Source: an uncultured Pelagibacteraceae bacterium (lineage in GTDB: Bacteria; Pseudomonadota; Alphaproteobacteria; Pelagibacterales; AG-422-B15). Taken from it: DNA of 64,000 bases. Positions 9,869-19,588 of this stretch are shown piece after piece. A program made the position numbers and the translations under genes. The notes beneath the pieces are model-generated. The model saw only the letters and a list, made by a program, of their open reading frames with translations, was not told where the DNA came from and ran no database searches. The stretch is taken from positions 4,319 through 68,318 of the forward strand of contig CACPJE010000001.1 of assembly GCA_902634045.1 (NCBI GenBank), in the 5' to 3' direction. Position 1 is the first letter of the stretch. Each line of letters opens with the position of its first letter.

Positions 9869-11316
9869 TTTTTCCAGAAGGCTGGCAAAAATATTACTAA
9901 TACAGTCAATAATTCTAGTCTACCTAATAGCATTGAAAATATTAATATCCACTTAGCCGCAATTGATATATCCGCAAAGCTATTTTCTGGTCCAATTGTA
10001 TTTCCGAGACCTGGCCCAACATTAGCTAGAGAAGTCGCCGCAGCAGATAGAGAAGTAACAAAGTCCAGTTCAGTAGTTGATAATAAAAGAGTAATAACAA
10101 TAAAGCTAAGTATAAATACGAAAAAGAATCCCATTACTGAGGCGATTACTTCATCTTCAAGTTTCTTATGATTATAATGTGGCACAAATACTCCATGAGG
10201 ATGTAATAATTTTTGTATCTGATTTTTTAACGTTGCAAACAGTATTTGAAATCTAAATATTTTTATTCCACAAGTTGTTGAACCAGCACAACCACCTATA
10301 AACATTCCAAAGAATAATAAATATATTGGGAATGGGCCCCATAAATTAAAGTTATCTGTGGTATATCCTGTGCCGGTAATGATAGAAATAACATTAAAGA
10401 GTCCGAGTCTAATTGATTCTTCAATATCTTTAATATCATTAAACCATAGATAAAAGATTACAATTATTGAGCATGCAAGTAATAAATAAATAAAAGTTGA
10501 TATTTGGGTATCATTAACCACTTTCTTAAATTTTCCATTCCACACTTCTAAATAAATGAGAATAGGAAGACTTCCTATTATCATGAATAAGCATGCTATA
10601 TATTCAATGCTATTGATATTGAAGGAAGCAAGAGATTCATTTTTTGATGAGAATCCACCAGTAGCTATAGTTGTCATAGAATGAATAAGAGCGTCAAAAA
10701 AACTCATTCCAAATGCCCAATAAGAAAAAAAACAAGCAAAAGTTAGAACTAGGTAGATTATAATTACTGCAGAAGCAATTTGAGTCGTTCTAGGTAGAAT
10801 TTTTTCTGTAGTATCAGAAGATTCAGTTCTAAAAACTTGCATCCCGCCAACTTGAAGCACTGGAAGAATGCTTAATGCCATGACAATTATTCCAACGCCA
10901 CCTAACCATTGCAGTAAAGCTCGCCAAATTAAAATTCCATGAGGCATAGATTCTACATTATTAATAATTGTTGATCCTGTAGTAGTTACTCCTGACATTG
11001 ATTCAAATATAGAATCAGTAAAAGAAAAATTTATATCTGACAGATAAAAGGGAAGAGAGCCAAAAAAACATACAAATACCCAAGATAATGTTGTTAGTAA
11101 AAAAGCATCTTGCATGATTAATTTTTTATCCATTTCATCTCGAGTAGAGAGGATTAGAGTTATTCCAACTGATGCCGTAATTCCTAGACTGATAGCAAAT
11201 GACATCCATGTAGAATTATTTTTTATTACATCAGCAATTAGAGGAAAAAGCATTAATGCACTTAATGCTAATAATAGAATACCCAATACATTTAGTATTA
11301 CCTTAAAATTAATCAT
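9865..11316 (-). CDS. trkH: Trk-type potassium uptake protein TrkH
   Basis: 483 aa, polytopic. Four pore-loop-like segments (SGVTTTGST, ATGGFS, ITGTGYT, CAGSTTCGIK). Confidence 0.9.
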   Translation of the reverse strand: MINFKVILNVLGILLLALSALMLFPLIADVIKNNSTWMSFAISLGITASVGITLILSTRDEMDKKLIMQDAFLLTTLSWVFVCFFGSLPFYLSDINFSFTDSIFESMSGVTTTGSTIINNVESMPHGILIWRALLQWLGGVGIIVMALSILPVLQVGGMQVFRTESSDTTEKILPRTTQIASAVIIIYLVLTFACFFSYWAFGMSFFDALIHSMTTIATGGFSSKNESLASFNINSIEYIACLFMIIGSLPILIYLEVWNGKFKKVVNDTQISTFIYLLLACSIIVIFYLWFNDIKDIEESIRLGLFNVISIITGTGYTTDNFNLWGPFPIYLLFFGMFIGGCAGSTTCGIKIFRFQILFATLKNQIQKLLHPHGVFVPHYNHKKLEDEVIASVMGFFFVFILSFIVITLLLSTTELDFVTSLSAAATSLANVGPGLGNTIGPENSFADISIAAKWILIFSMLLGRLELLTVLVIFLPAFWKN

Positions 11317-11330
11317 AATTTAGGATTAAA

Positions 11331-11930
11331 TTAGCTTTTTTTAAGAATAGATCCTTGATTGATCATACTATAAAATTCTCTTCTGGTTGATGCATCAGTT
11401 CTAAACTTTCCAAGTAATTGACTTGTTACCATTGATATACCCGGTGCATTAATTCCTCTTGTTGTCATACATTGATGTTGAGCTTCAATAACAACAGCAA
11501 CACCTCTTGGACTTAAAACTTCTTGAATACAATTTGCTATTTGCGCAGTTAATTTTTCTTGTACTTGCATTCTTTTTGAAAATATTCTTGTAATTCGTGC
11601 AAGCTTACTAATTCCTACAACTCGTTTTTTGGGTAAATATGCTACATGAGCACTTCCAATAAATGGAGCAATATGATGCTCACAATGAGACTCAATTCTT
11701 ATATCTCGAAGCATAATAATTTCATCATAGCCATCTAATTCAGAAAAAGTTTTCTTTAAAACCTCTTTAGGATCTTCATTATATCCTGAAAACCAATCTT
11801 CATATGCTTTAACTACCCTTTTTGGAGTATCTTTAAGCCCTTCTCTTTTTACATCTTCACCTGCCCAAGCAAGCAAAGTCTTCACAGCTGCTTCAGCTTC
11901 TGATCTTGATGGTTTTTTATCTTTTTTCAT
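11331..11930 (-). CDS. folE: GTP cyclohydrolase I
   Basis: 199 aa with [10 protein letters not shown] and [10 protein letters not shown] motifs. Confidence 0.95.
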   Translation of the reverse strand: MKKDKKPSRSEAEAAVKTLLAWAGEDVKREGLKDTPKRVVKAYEDWFSGYNEDPKEVLKKTFSELDGYDEIIMLRDIRIESHCEHHIAPFIGSAHVAYLPKKRVVGISKLARITRIFSKRMQVQEKLTAQIANCIQEVLSPRGVAVVIEAQHQCMTTRGINAPGISMVTSQLLGKFRTDASTRREFYSMINQGSILKKS

Positions 11931-12081
11931 AAATTCTAAAAACAGTGTTCTATATCAAAAACTTGGATTTATATATAGTAATTATATATTGCTATTAATT
12001 AATTTGATTCATATTGATAAATTAGCCTAAAATTAGGATTTTTTAACAAACTGAGAGTATTTTTATGGTAATGTAACATAA

Positions 12082-13647
12082 ATGAATGAATTAGAGTCTA
12101 TTTCACAATCTTCAAAGTCATGGCCGTTTGTTGAGGCATCAAGAATTATTAGTAATGCTAAGAAAGCTAATAAAAAAATTATTAACCTTCAAACCGGTTA
12201 TGGACCAAGTGGATTACCTCACATAGGAACATTCGGAGAAGTTGCTAGAACCACAATGATAGTGAATGCCATTAAATCTATTTCAGATTTTAAAGTAAAT
12301 CTTATCGCATTTTCTGATGATATGGATGGACTCAGAAAAGTGCCAGATAATGTTCCTAATCAAGATATCTTAGAAACCAATCTTAATAAGCCTCTTACAG
12401 CTATCCCAGATCCTTTTGGTACCTATCAAAGTTTTGGGGAACATAATAATAATATGTTAAAAGAATTTTTGGATCGATTTGGTTTCATATATAGTTTTAA
12501 AAGTGCAACAGATCTTTACAAGTCTGGTTTTTTTGATGAACAAATTATAAATGTATTGGAAAATTATGATGAGGTAAAAGGAATAGTTTTACCAACTCTA
12601 GGTGAAGAAAGGAAAAAAACTTATAGTCCCTTTTTACCTGTTTGTCCAGATACAGGAAAAGTTCTTGAAGTTGAAATTAAAAATATAGATAAAAATAATA
12701 AATCTATACTTTACGAAAGTAACAATAAAGAATATGAGACTTTAGTAACAGGAGGAAATTGTAAGCTTCAATGGAAAGTCGATTGGGCTATGAGATGGAT
12801 TGCACTCAATATTGATTATGAGATGTATGGTAAAGATCTAATTCCAACATTCCAACTATCCTCAAAAATTTGCAAAGCCCTTGGTGGTAAGCCCCCAGAA
12901 AATTTCTTTTATGAACTATTCTTGGATCAAAATGGAGAAAAAATTTCTAAATCAAAGGGAAACGGACTTACTATAGACGAATGGTTGTCATATGCGCCTG
13001 AAGAAACATTAAGCTATTTTATGTATCAAAATCCGCGTAGAGCAAAAAAATTATTTTTTGAAGTCATTCCAAAATCAACCGATGAATTTTTATCCCATGC
13101 GAATAAATTTGAAAATCAATCATTGGAAGAACGCACAGAAAACCCAATATGGCATATTTTCAATGGCAAAAATGATATTGGCAGTATCCCTATTTCATAT
13201 AATTTAATCTTAAATTTAGTATCAGCTAGTGGCAAAGAAGATCCAAAAATTATACTCGATTTTATTAGGAAATATAAAGTTGATATAAATAATCAGAGCA
13301 TAAATTTTATCAATAAATTAATTAAGGGGGTCATCAAGTACAATAAAGATATCATTTCAGACAAGGTTAAATACAAAAATCCTAACAAAGATGAAATGGT
13401 TATATTTAATGATTTGATAGAAAGTTTAAAAAGATTGCCTCAAGATGCTGATGCAGAGACTATTCAAACTGAGATTTATCAGATTGGAAAAAATCATAAA
13501 TTTGAAAACTTGAGAGATTGGTTTAGGCTTATATATCAAGTATTGTTTGGAAAAGACGATGGACCTCGTTTTGGCACCTTTGTTGCCATATATGGGGTTG
13601 ATAAGACAATTGATCTAATAAATGAGAAAATAGGTAGTAAAAATTAA
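12082..13647 (+). CDS. lysK: Lysine--tRNA ligase, class I
   Basis: 521 aa. HIGH-type motif LPHIGTFGE and KMSKS-type motif KISKSKG. The class I enzyme is usual in Alphaproteobacteria. Confidence 0.93.
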   Translation: MNELESISQSSKSWPFVEASRIISNAKKANKKIINLQTGYGPSGLPHIGTFGEVARTTMIVNAIKSISDFKVNLIAFSDDMDGLRKVPDNVPNQDILETNLNKPLTAIPDPFGTYQSFGEHNNNMLKEFLDRFGFIYSFKSATDLYKSGFFDEQIINVLENYDEVKGIVLPTLGEERKKTYSPFLPVCPDTGKVLEVEIKNIDKNNKSILYESNNKEYETLVTGGNCKLQWKVDWAMRWIALNIDYEMYGKDLIPTFQLSSKICKALGGKPPENFFYELFLDQNGEKISKSKGNGLTIDEWLSYAPEETLSYFMYQNPRRAKKLFFEVIPKSTDEFLSHANKFENQSLEERTENPIWHIFNGKNDIGSIPISYNLILNLVSASGKEDPKIILDFIRKYKVDINNQSINFINKLIKGVIKYNKDIISDKVKYKNPNKDEMVIFNDLIESLKRLPQDADAETIQTEIYQIGKNHKFENLRDWFRLIYQVLFGKDDGPRFGTFVAIYGVDKTIDLINEKIGSKN

Positions 13648-13648
13648 A

Positions 13649-14695
13649 ATGAAAAATATATTTCTTAATTTTTTAAGAAATCTTAATCCTGAAACTTCAC
13701 ATCATATCTCTATTCTTTCACTTAAATACCTTAGTGGGTTCTTGGAAAAAAATTATAAAAGTGAAATACTAAATACTAACTTTGGTAATTTAAATTTCGC
13801 AAATCCTATTGGACTCGCTGCTGGATATGATAAAAATGCAGAGGTAATAGACTCTTTATTTAAAATAGGATTTGGTTTCGTTGAATGTGGAACTGTTACT
13901 CCTGTTGCACAATATGGTAACACTAAACCTCGGATATTTAGGCTCAAGGAAGATAAAGGAATTATTAATCGTCTTGGATTTAATAATTGTGGAATTGATC
14001 AGTTTTCGAAAAATTTTAATCAAAGAAACTTTAATTTAGGCATCGCAGGAGTAAATATTGGCCCAAACAAAGAATCTAATAATTTTATTGATGATTACTT
14101 GAATCTTTTTAATTCAGTATATGAATATGCCGATTATGTTACCTTAAATGTTTCGTCGCCAAATACTAAGAATTTAAGAAGTATCCAAAGAACAGAGGAT
14201 TTAAGTGTTTTAACTTATGAGATTAACTCACTGAGAGAATCAAAAGGAAGTCATAAAAAAATAGTTTTAAAAGTTGATCCTGATTGCACTAAGGAAGAAT
14301 ATAGTAAAATAATTAATATTATTCAAAAAAATAAAATAGATGGTTTAATAGTTGCTAATACTACACTCTCACGTCCTGAGTTTCTTAAGAGTGATTTTAA
14401 AAATGAAGAGGGTGGATTATCTGGAGCACCTATTAAGGAGAAATCTAATAAAATTTTAAGATTCATATCAAAGGAGACTCAAGGAGAAGTCACTTTAATT
14501 GGAGTTGGTGGCATAAGTAGTGCTAAAGACGCATATGAAAAGATTAAGATTGGCGCTTCATTAGTTCAACTTTATTCATCTCTAACATTTAATAATCTTG
14601 GCTTTATAAATCAAATTAATAAAGACTTGTCTTCATATTTAAGGAAAGATGGTTTTACTAATATTAAAGAAGCAATAGGCATAGAAATAAGATGA
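13649..14695 (+). CDS. pyrD: Dihydroorotate dehydrogenase (quinone), family 2
   Basis: 348 aa with GFGFVECGTVTP, NVSSPNT (catalytic Ser) and GVGGISS. Confidence 0.93.
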   Translation: MKNIFLNFLRNLNPETSHHISILSLKYLSGFLEKNYKSEILNTNFGNLNFANPIGLAAGYDKNAEVIDSLFKIGFGFVECGTVTPVAQYGNTKPRIFRLKEDKGIINRLGFNNCGIDQFSKNFNQRNFNLGIAGVNIGPNKESNNFIDDYLNLFNSVYEYADYVTLNVSSPNTKNLRSIQRTEDLSVLTYEINSLRESKGSHKKIVLKVDPDCTKEEYSKIINIIQKNKIDGLIVANTTLSRPEFLKSDFKNEEGGLSGAPIKEKSNKILRFISKETQGEVTLIGVGGISSAKDAYEKIKIGASLVQLYSSLTFNNLGFINQINKDLSSYLRKDGFTNIKEAIGIEIR

Positions 14696-15306
14696 CAAAT
14701 ATTGAAAACTTGCCATTTGAAAAAAGAACTAGGCAAATCAAAAAAAAACAAAATCGTGAGGTTATTATAAATGCTGCACATGAAGTATTTGCAAAAAAAG
14801 GGTATGATAACTCAAGTGTCCGAGAGATTATAGGTTCCACCAATCTTGGAGCGGGAACTTTTTACAACTATTTTCCTGATAAATTAAGTGTATTTAAGGC
14901 AATAAATGAGCGGATTGTATCTGATTTTAGTGGGTATTTCCTCAAAGAAATTGAAAAATCAAACACTTTTGAAGAGGCGGTTCAGATAGCATTTAACAGT
15001 TGGTTTAATTGGATATCAAATCAAGAACAACATCATTTATTTATTAAGAATAATAAAAAATATCTTCTTGATTTAAAATGGTTAAGTACAAAATCAAAAG
15101 AGTATAAAATCTTTTATGATAATTTACTTAAATTTGTATTGCATCTTTCAAAAAAAACAAAGTTTCCAAATAATGATATTTCATTTATGGTTACGTCTGT
15201 TATTGCGGTAGCAACTAGTCTTGGTGATGAAATGTTATCAAGGCAAGATATTACTCACAAAGATACAGCAGAATTTGCGACTAAATTATTTTTAAAAGGA
15301 CTTTAA
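14692..15306 (+). CDS. TetR/AcrR-family transcriptional regulator
   Basis: 204 aa with an N-terminal HTH (SVREIIGSTNLGAGTFYNYFPDK). ATGA overlap with the pyrD stop. Confidence 0.8.
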   Translation: MTNIENLPFEKRTRQIKKKQNREVIINAAHEVFAKKGYDNSSVREIIGSTNLGAGTFYNYFPDKLSVFKAINERIVSDFSGYFLKEIEKSNTFEEAVQIAFNSWFNWISNQEQHHLFIKNNKKYLLDLKWLSTKSKEYKIFYDNLLKFVLHLSKKTKFPNNDISFMVTSVIAVATSLGDEMLSRQDITHKDTAEFATKLFLKGL

Positions 15307-15307
15307 A

Positions 15308-16114
15308 TTGAAGAAAAGTATTTTCATTACTGGTGCAGCTTCAGGGATTGGTAGAGCTACGGCAATCTTGTTTGCAAAAAAGGGTTGGAATGTTGGACTG
15401 TTTGATATTAATCAAGAGGGTCTGGAGTCTGTTGCTAAAGAAATAGGTCACAATACTTGTATGTATCAAAAATTAGATGTAACAAACATTGAAGAATGGA
15501 AATCAGCAGAAGAAAATTTCTCAAATTTTTCTGGAGGCAAATGCGATCTTTTTTTTAATAATGCTGGTATTGCTAACTTTGCAGGGAAATTTGAAGATGT
15601 TCCTATAGAAGAAATGAATAAAATAATTGATGTAAATTTTAAAGGTGTTGTAAATGGATGTTTAATCATGTTGAACTTATTAAAGAATACCAACAATAGT
15701 GTTTTATTAAATACTTGTTCTATAGCAGGATTAGTTCCTGCGCCAGGTATCTCAGTCTATGGAGCAACAAAATTTGCGGTTAGAGGACTAACTGAGTCAC
15801 TACGGATTGAGTTTGAGCGTTACAATGTAAGAGTTTCTGAAATAAATCCATGGTTTACAGAAACCCCAATTCTTAATGCAACTAAAGTGTCAGAAAACAT
15901 GGAGAGTCCATGGGATAGGGATTTTGTCAATGAAAGAACCAAGATCTATCCTGTAGAAGAAGTTGCCACTTCAGTTTGGCAATCATATAGCAATAAAAAA
16001 ATTCACAACCCATTAGGTTTTGAAGGTAAATTTGCCTCATTTTTTATGAACTTATGTCCTTCACTTATAAGGTTCTTGAGTAAGCGAATGTTCAGAGATA
16101 CTTTTTTAGACTGA
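15308..16114 (+). CDS. Short-chain dehydrogenase/reductase (SDR)
   Basis: 268 aa. TTG start 1 nt after the TetR stop. Motifs TGAASGIGRA, NNAG and catalytic YGATK. Confidence 0.85.
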   Translation: MKKSIFITGAASGIGRATAILFAKKGWNVGLFDINQEGLESVAKEIGHNTCMYQKLDVTNIEEWKSAEENFSNFSGGKCDLFFNNAGIANFAGKFEDVPIEEMNKIIDVNFKGVVNGCLIMLNLLKNTNNSVLLNTCSIAGLVPAPGISVYGATKFAVRGLTESLRIEFERYNVRVSEINPWFTETPILNATKVSENMESPWDRDFVNERTKIYPVEEVATSVWQSYSNKKIHNPLGFEGKFASFFMNLCPSLIRFLSKRMFRDTFLD

Positions 16115-16981
16115 TCTCTTTGCTTTATCGGACTCATTCGATGATTTGATCATACTTCTTAACTGCTCCCATTCATCATCTGAAACATTTTTGAGCATAT
16201 CATAGAAATTACCTGCATGATTTAACCATTGCCCTCCATCAATTGTTACAATTTCTCCAGTTAAATATTCACATCCATCTGCCATTAAAAAGGCAGCTAG
16301 ATTTGCTAACTCATCAAGTTCTCCAGTTCTCTTCATAGGTATGGACTCCATCATGCCTTTGCTTGTATCTCCTGGCGCTAGTCTTTCCCATGCGCCTTTA
16401 GTAGGAAAAGGGCCCGGTGCGATAGCGTTCAATCGGATTCCTCGATTTCCCCACTCAGCAGCTAGAGATTTTGTCATTGTAGCTAAACCAGATTTAGACA
16501 TTGCAGATGGAACAGTAAAAGGTCCACTGCTATATACCCATGTTGTTAGAATTGAAATTATACTTCCTTTAATTTTTTCTTTAAGCCAACGTTTTCCAAC
16601 AATATTTGTAGTATAAAATGTTCCATTAAAAACAATATTTGAAATTGCATTAAAAGCTCTTGGAGACAGATCTTCTGTACGTGAAATAAAATTTCCAGCT
16701 GCGTTATTTACTAAGCCAGAGAGAGGTCCGTCTGACCATATTTCATTAACCATATCCTCTATCGCTTCAGGAACTTTAATATCACATGAGATTGTTTTAA
16801 CACTACCTCCGTGTTCTTTCATCATTTCATCAGCACATTCATCAAGAACACTTTTTCTTCTTCCACATATGTATACATCTGCCCCTAATTGAAGATACCT
16901 TGATGCCATAGCTTTTCCGAGTCCAGTACCTCCCCCTGTAACTAAGATTTTTTTTTCTTTAAAAAGATCTGCTTGAAACAT
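16106..16981 (-). CDS. SDR, 2,4-dienoyl-CoA reductase-like
   Basis: 291 aa. TGGGTGLGKA and NNAAGNF are present, and SKSGLATMTKSLAAEWG resembles DECR/SPS19-type reductases as recalled. Confidence 0.78.
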   Translation of the reverse strand: MFQADLFKEKKILVTGGGTGLGKAMASRYLQLGADVYICGRRKSVLDECADEMMKEHGGSVKTISCDIKVPEAIEDMVNEIWSDGPLSGLVNNAAGNFISRTEDLSPRAFNAISNIVFNGTFYTTNIVGKRWLKEKIKGSIISILTTWVYSSGPFTVPSAMSKSGLATMTKSLAAEWGNRGIRLNAIAPGPFPTKGAWERLAPGDTSKGMMESIPMKRTGELDELANLAAFLMADGCEYLTGEIVTIDGGQWLNHAGNFYDMLKNVSDDEWEQLRSMIKSSNESDKAKRSV

Positions 16982-16990
16982 AAAAACTCC

Positions 16991-17719
16991 TTATCCAAAC
17001 TGTGTTAAAAATGGTAAATATTTAATAAAAAAGAATGCCAATTCTTGAATACGATTAGTAAGAATAAGGACTCCAAAAAGAATTAGCAAGACCCCAGTGA
17101 AGATTTCTATTGTTCTAATATATTTTCTAATTTTTGATAAGAACTTAAGAAAACTACCTATTCCATAAGCAGCAAGTATAAATGGAATTCCTAGGCCTGC
17201 AGAATAAAGTACTAGTAGGAATGTACCTTCAGATACGCTTTCAGATGTTGCAGCCACTGATAAGACACTTCCTAAAATTGGCCCAATACAAGGTGTCCAT
17301 CCAAAAGCAAAGGATAGACCGACTACAAATGATCCAATCAGTCCAGGCTTATAATTATTTATTTGTACTCTGGTATCAGAGTTTAAAAAAGGCAATTGTA
17401 TTAATTGAGTAAAATGAATTCCAAATACAATGATTATTGTTCCACCAATTATTCTTAAGTAATCAAAGTACTCATATAATAAACCACTTAAGTATGTTGC
17501 AGATGCTCCCATAACAACAAAAACAGTTGAAAAACCTAATACAAAACTTACTGAATACCTAAGTATATTGACTTTAAATATTTCTTGTTCATCCAATGCT
17601 TTATCAAGAGATGTTCCCGCTATAAAGCATAGATATCCAGGTACAATTGGCAAAACACAGGGAGACAAGAAACTAAGCAAACCTGCTAATAAAACATAGA
17701 AATAAGATATTCCCTCCAT
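16991..17719 (-). CDS. ccdA: Cytochrome c biogenesis / thiol-disulfide transfer protein CcdA (DsbD-beta family)
   Basis: 242 aa, polytopic. The conserved cysteines lie in SPCVLP and TPCIGP. Confidence 0.85.
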   Translation of the reverse strand: MEGISYFYVLLAGLLSFLSPCVLPIVPGYLCFIAGTSLDKALDEQEIFKVNILRYSVSFVLGFSTVFVVMGASATYLSGLLYEYFDYLRIIGGTIIIVFGIHFTQLIQLPFLNSDTRVQINNYKPGLIGSFVVGLSFAFGWTPCIGPILGSVLSVAATSESVSEGTFLLVLYSAGLGIPFILAAYGIGSFLKFLSKIRKYIRTIEIFTGVLLILFGVLILTNRIQELAFFFIKYLPFLTQFG

Positions 17720-18508
17720 TTATTTTTTTCTAAACCTTCTGAATAACTCAGCTCCACTCCATCCAGTAATTACTGCAATTGTTAATGAAATTAATCCATA
17801 TATTAAGGGGAAGTCAAAAGCTAAATTGTAAATTGCTTCTTCTATGCCAATTCTAGTTACAGTAAAGTTATAAGAATATTCTTTATTTATTTTTTCATCA
17901 ATGATTAGGTAAACATTCACGTCATACTTACCAACAGGAACAGTATTAGGAATATGAATTCTCGTTTTAAACAAATTACCATCAATTAATTCAATTTCAT
18001 TTTGAGTTTCTTTATAAAGATTTTCTGAAGTCTTAGTTCTAATTAAAGCTTCATAAAATTCACTTTTATCGCTTTCAGAATTTATTTCTCCCCAATTAAT
18101 TGTTAGAGAGCTCCAATCAATTTCAGATGATCTTTTGGCTTTTAGAATGCCAATACTATTTTTATCAAGAAACTTATTATCTATTTTAGATGTGCTTGAT
18201 AGATAATAGAAACCAGGAACATCTCTAAACTCTACTTGATAGGCGTTAAGCCAAAATCCGAGGAAGGGTTTCTTTTTTCTTAAAATAATATCCTCTGAAG
18301 GACCAACAACTTCAATAAGTAAATCTCCTTTTTCATCTCTTGGTTGGGAAGGGTCAGCATAAAAAGCCCCAAAGACCATAAGATCTTGTCCGGAAAAATT
18401 AGCGTCTATCAGAATCTCTTCTTCATCTGAACCAATTACTAACGCTGATGCATTAAGGCTTATTGCTAAAAATAGAGTAATAGATAATAAATAAGTCCTA
18501 AGAATCAT
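17720..18508 (-). CDS. Conserved alphaproteobacterial envelope protein of unknown function (TIGR02186-like)
   Basis: 262 aa with an N-terminal signal peptide and a C-terminal TM anchor. It sits immediately downstream of a TauE/SafE permease with a 1-nt overlap. Family assignment is from recollection. Confidence 0.6.
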   Translation of the reverse strand: MILRTYLLSITLFLAISLNASALVIGSDEEEILIDANFSGQDLMVFGAFYADPSQPRDEKGDLLIEVVGPSEDIILRKKKPFLGFWLNAYQVEFRDVPGFYYLSSTSKIDNKFLDKNSIGILKAKRSSEIDWSSLTINWGEINSESDKSEFYEALIRTKTSENLYKETQNEIELIDGNLFKTRIHIPNTVPVGKYDVNVYLIIDEKINKEYSYNFTVTRIGIEEAIYNLAFDFPLIYGLISLTIAVITGWSGAELFRRFRKK

Positions 18509-19431
18509 TAAAAAATTACTCTCAAAACTGACAAATTAAACAACTCTTCAGGAGGTACAAGAAGATCTAGTGCGATTTTTACTGCAACTACTAATACTAT
18601 TACAGCTAACAAAGCCCTAATCTCCTCTCCTCTTAATTTGTTCGCAGCTAGTACACCTACTTGCGCACCTATTACAGAAGATATTATTAAAAAAAAGGCA
18701 AGAATTGCATCTACCGCAAAAGTTGTTGTTGTATGAAGTAAAGTAATAATAGCGGTTATAAAAATAATTTGGAATAAAGATGTCCCAATGACTTTAGAAG
18801 TTGGCATTCCTAGAAAGTAGATCATCGCAGGAATAAGAATAAAAGATCCTCCTATTCCCATCACGGCAGAAAGTATACCAATAAAAAAACCAATAATGAT
18901 TGGTGGGATGATGCTGATGTATAACTTAGATTTATAAAACCTAACTTTAAAAGGTAGTTTATGAGCCCAATTATGATAGTGAATTTTTTTCTTAACTGTT
19001 TTTTTTCTTATTCTATCTCGAATAACTTGAGAGCTTTCTATTAGCATTAAAGTGCCAATTGAAAATAGCAGAACAAAATAAAGTATCGATATTACTGTTT
19101 CAATTTGACCAGTTGAAACTAGAGTTTGAAAAATCCAAATACCTAAAATAGATCCTAATACAGAACCAATTAATAGAACCCCTCCCATCTTGAAATCAAC
19201 AAGTCCTTGTCTCCAATGACCAATTGTCCCAGAAATAGATGATGCAACTATTTGGTTGGCAGAAGTTGCTACTGCTACATTTGTTGGTATTCCCATGAAG
19301 ATAAGAAGTGGAGTCATAAGAAAACCTCCACCAAGTCCAAACATGCCTGATAGGAAACCAACGGCACCTCCAAGTGAAAGTAAGACAAATAAATTTACCG
19401 ATAGTTCTGCAATTGGCAGATAGATACTCAT
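18508..19431 (-). CDS. TauE/SafE (DUF81) family anion exporter
   Basis: 307 aa, polytopic. Internal duplication with GLGGGF and GIGGSF motifs. Confidence 0.85.
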   Translation of the reverse strand: MSIYLPIAELSVNLFVLLSLGGAVGFLSGMFGLGGGFLMTPLLIFMGIPTNVAVATSANQIVASSISGTIGHWRQGLVDFKMGGVLLIGSVLGSILGIWIFQTLVSTGQIETVISILYFVLLFSIGTLMLIESSQVIRDRIRKKTVKKKIHYHNWAHKLPFKVRFYKSKLYISIIPPIIIGFFIGILSAVMGIGGSFILIPAMIYFLGMPTSKVIGTSLFQIIFITAIITLLHTTTTFAVDAILAFFLIISSVIGAQVGVLAANKLRGEEIRALLAVIVLVVAVKIALDLLVPPEELFNLSVLRVIF

Positions 19432-19588
19432 AAAATTATTCTAAACACACACTTTGTTCCTAGACAGAATTGGGTTCCAAGACAAGAGTTTGTTCGTATT
19501 TTAGACAAAGATTTATATAATTTTTAACCTTGAAATATATAATATATATATACTTATATACTATACTAATAAAAAATTACTAGCAGAT

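Noticed and set aside
19441-19510. Direct repeats TTTGTTC (19453-19459 and 19489-19495) and three AGACA-containing words upstream of the long acyl-CoA dehydrogenase.
   Set aside because: The repeats are short (5-7 nt) with irregular spacing and no dyad symmetry, which is compatible with chance.
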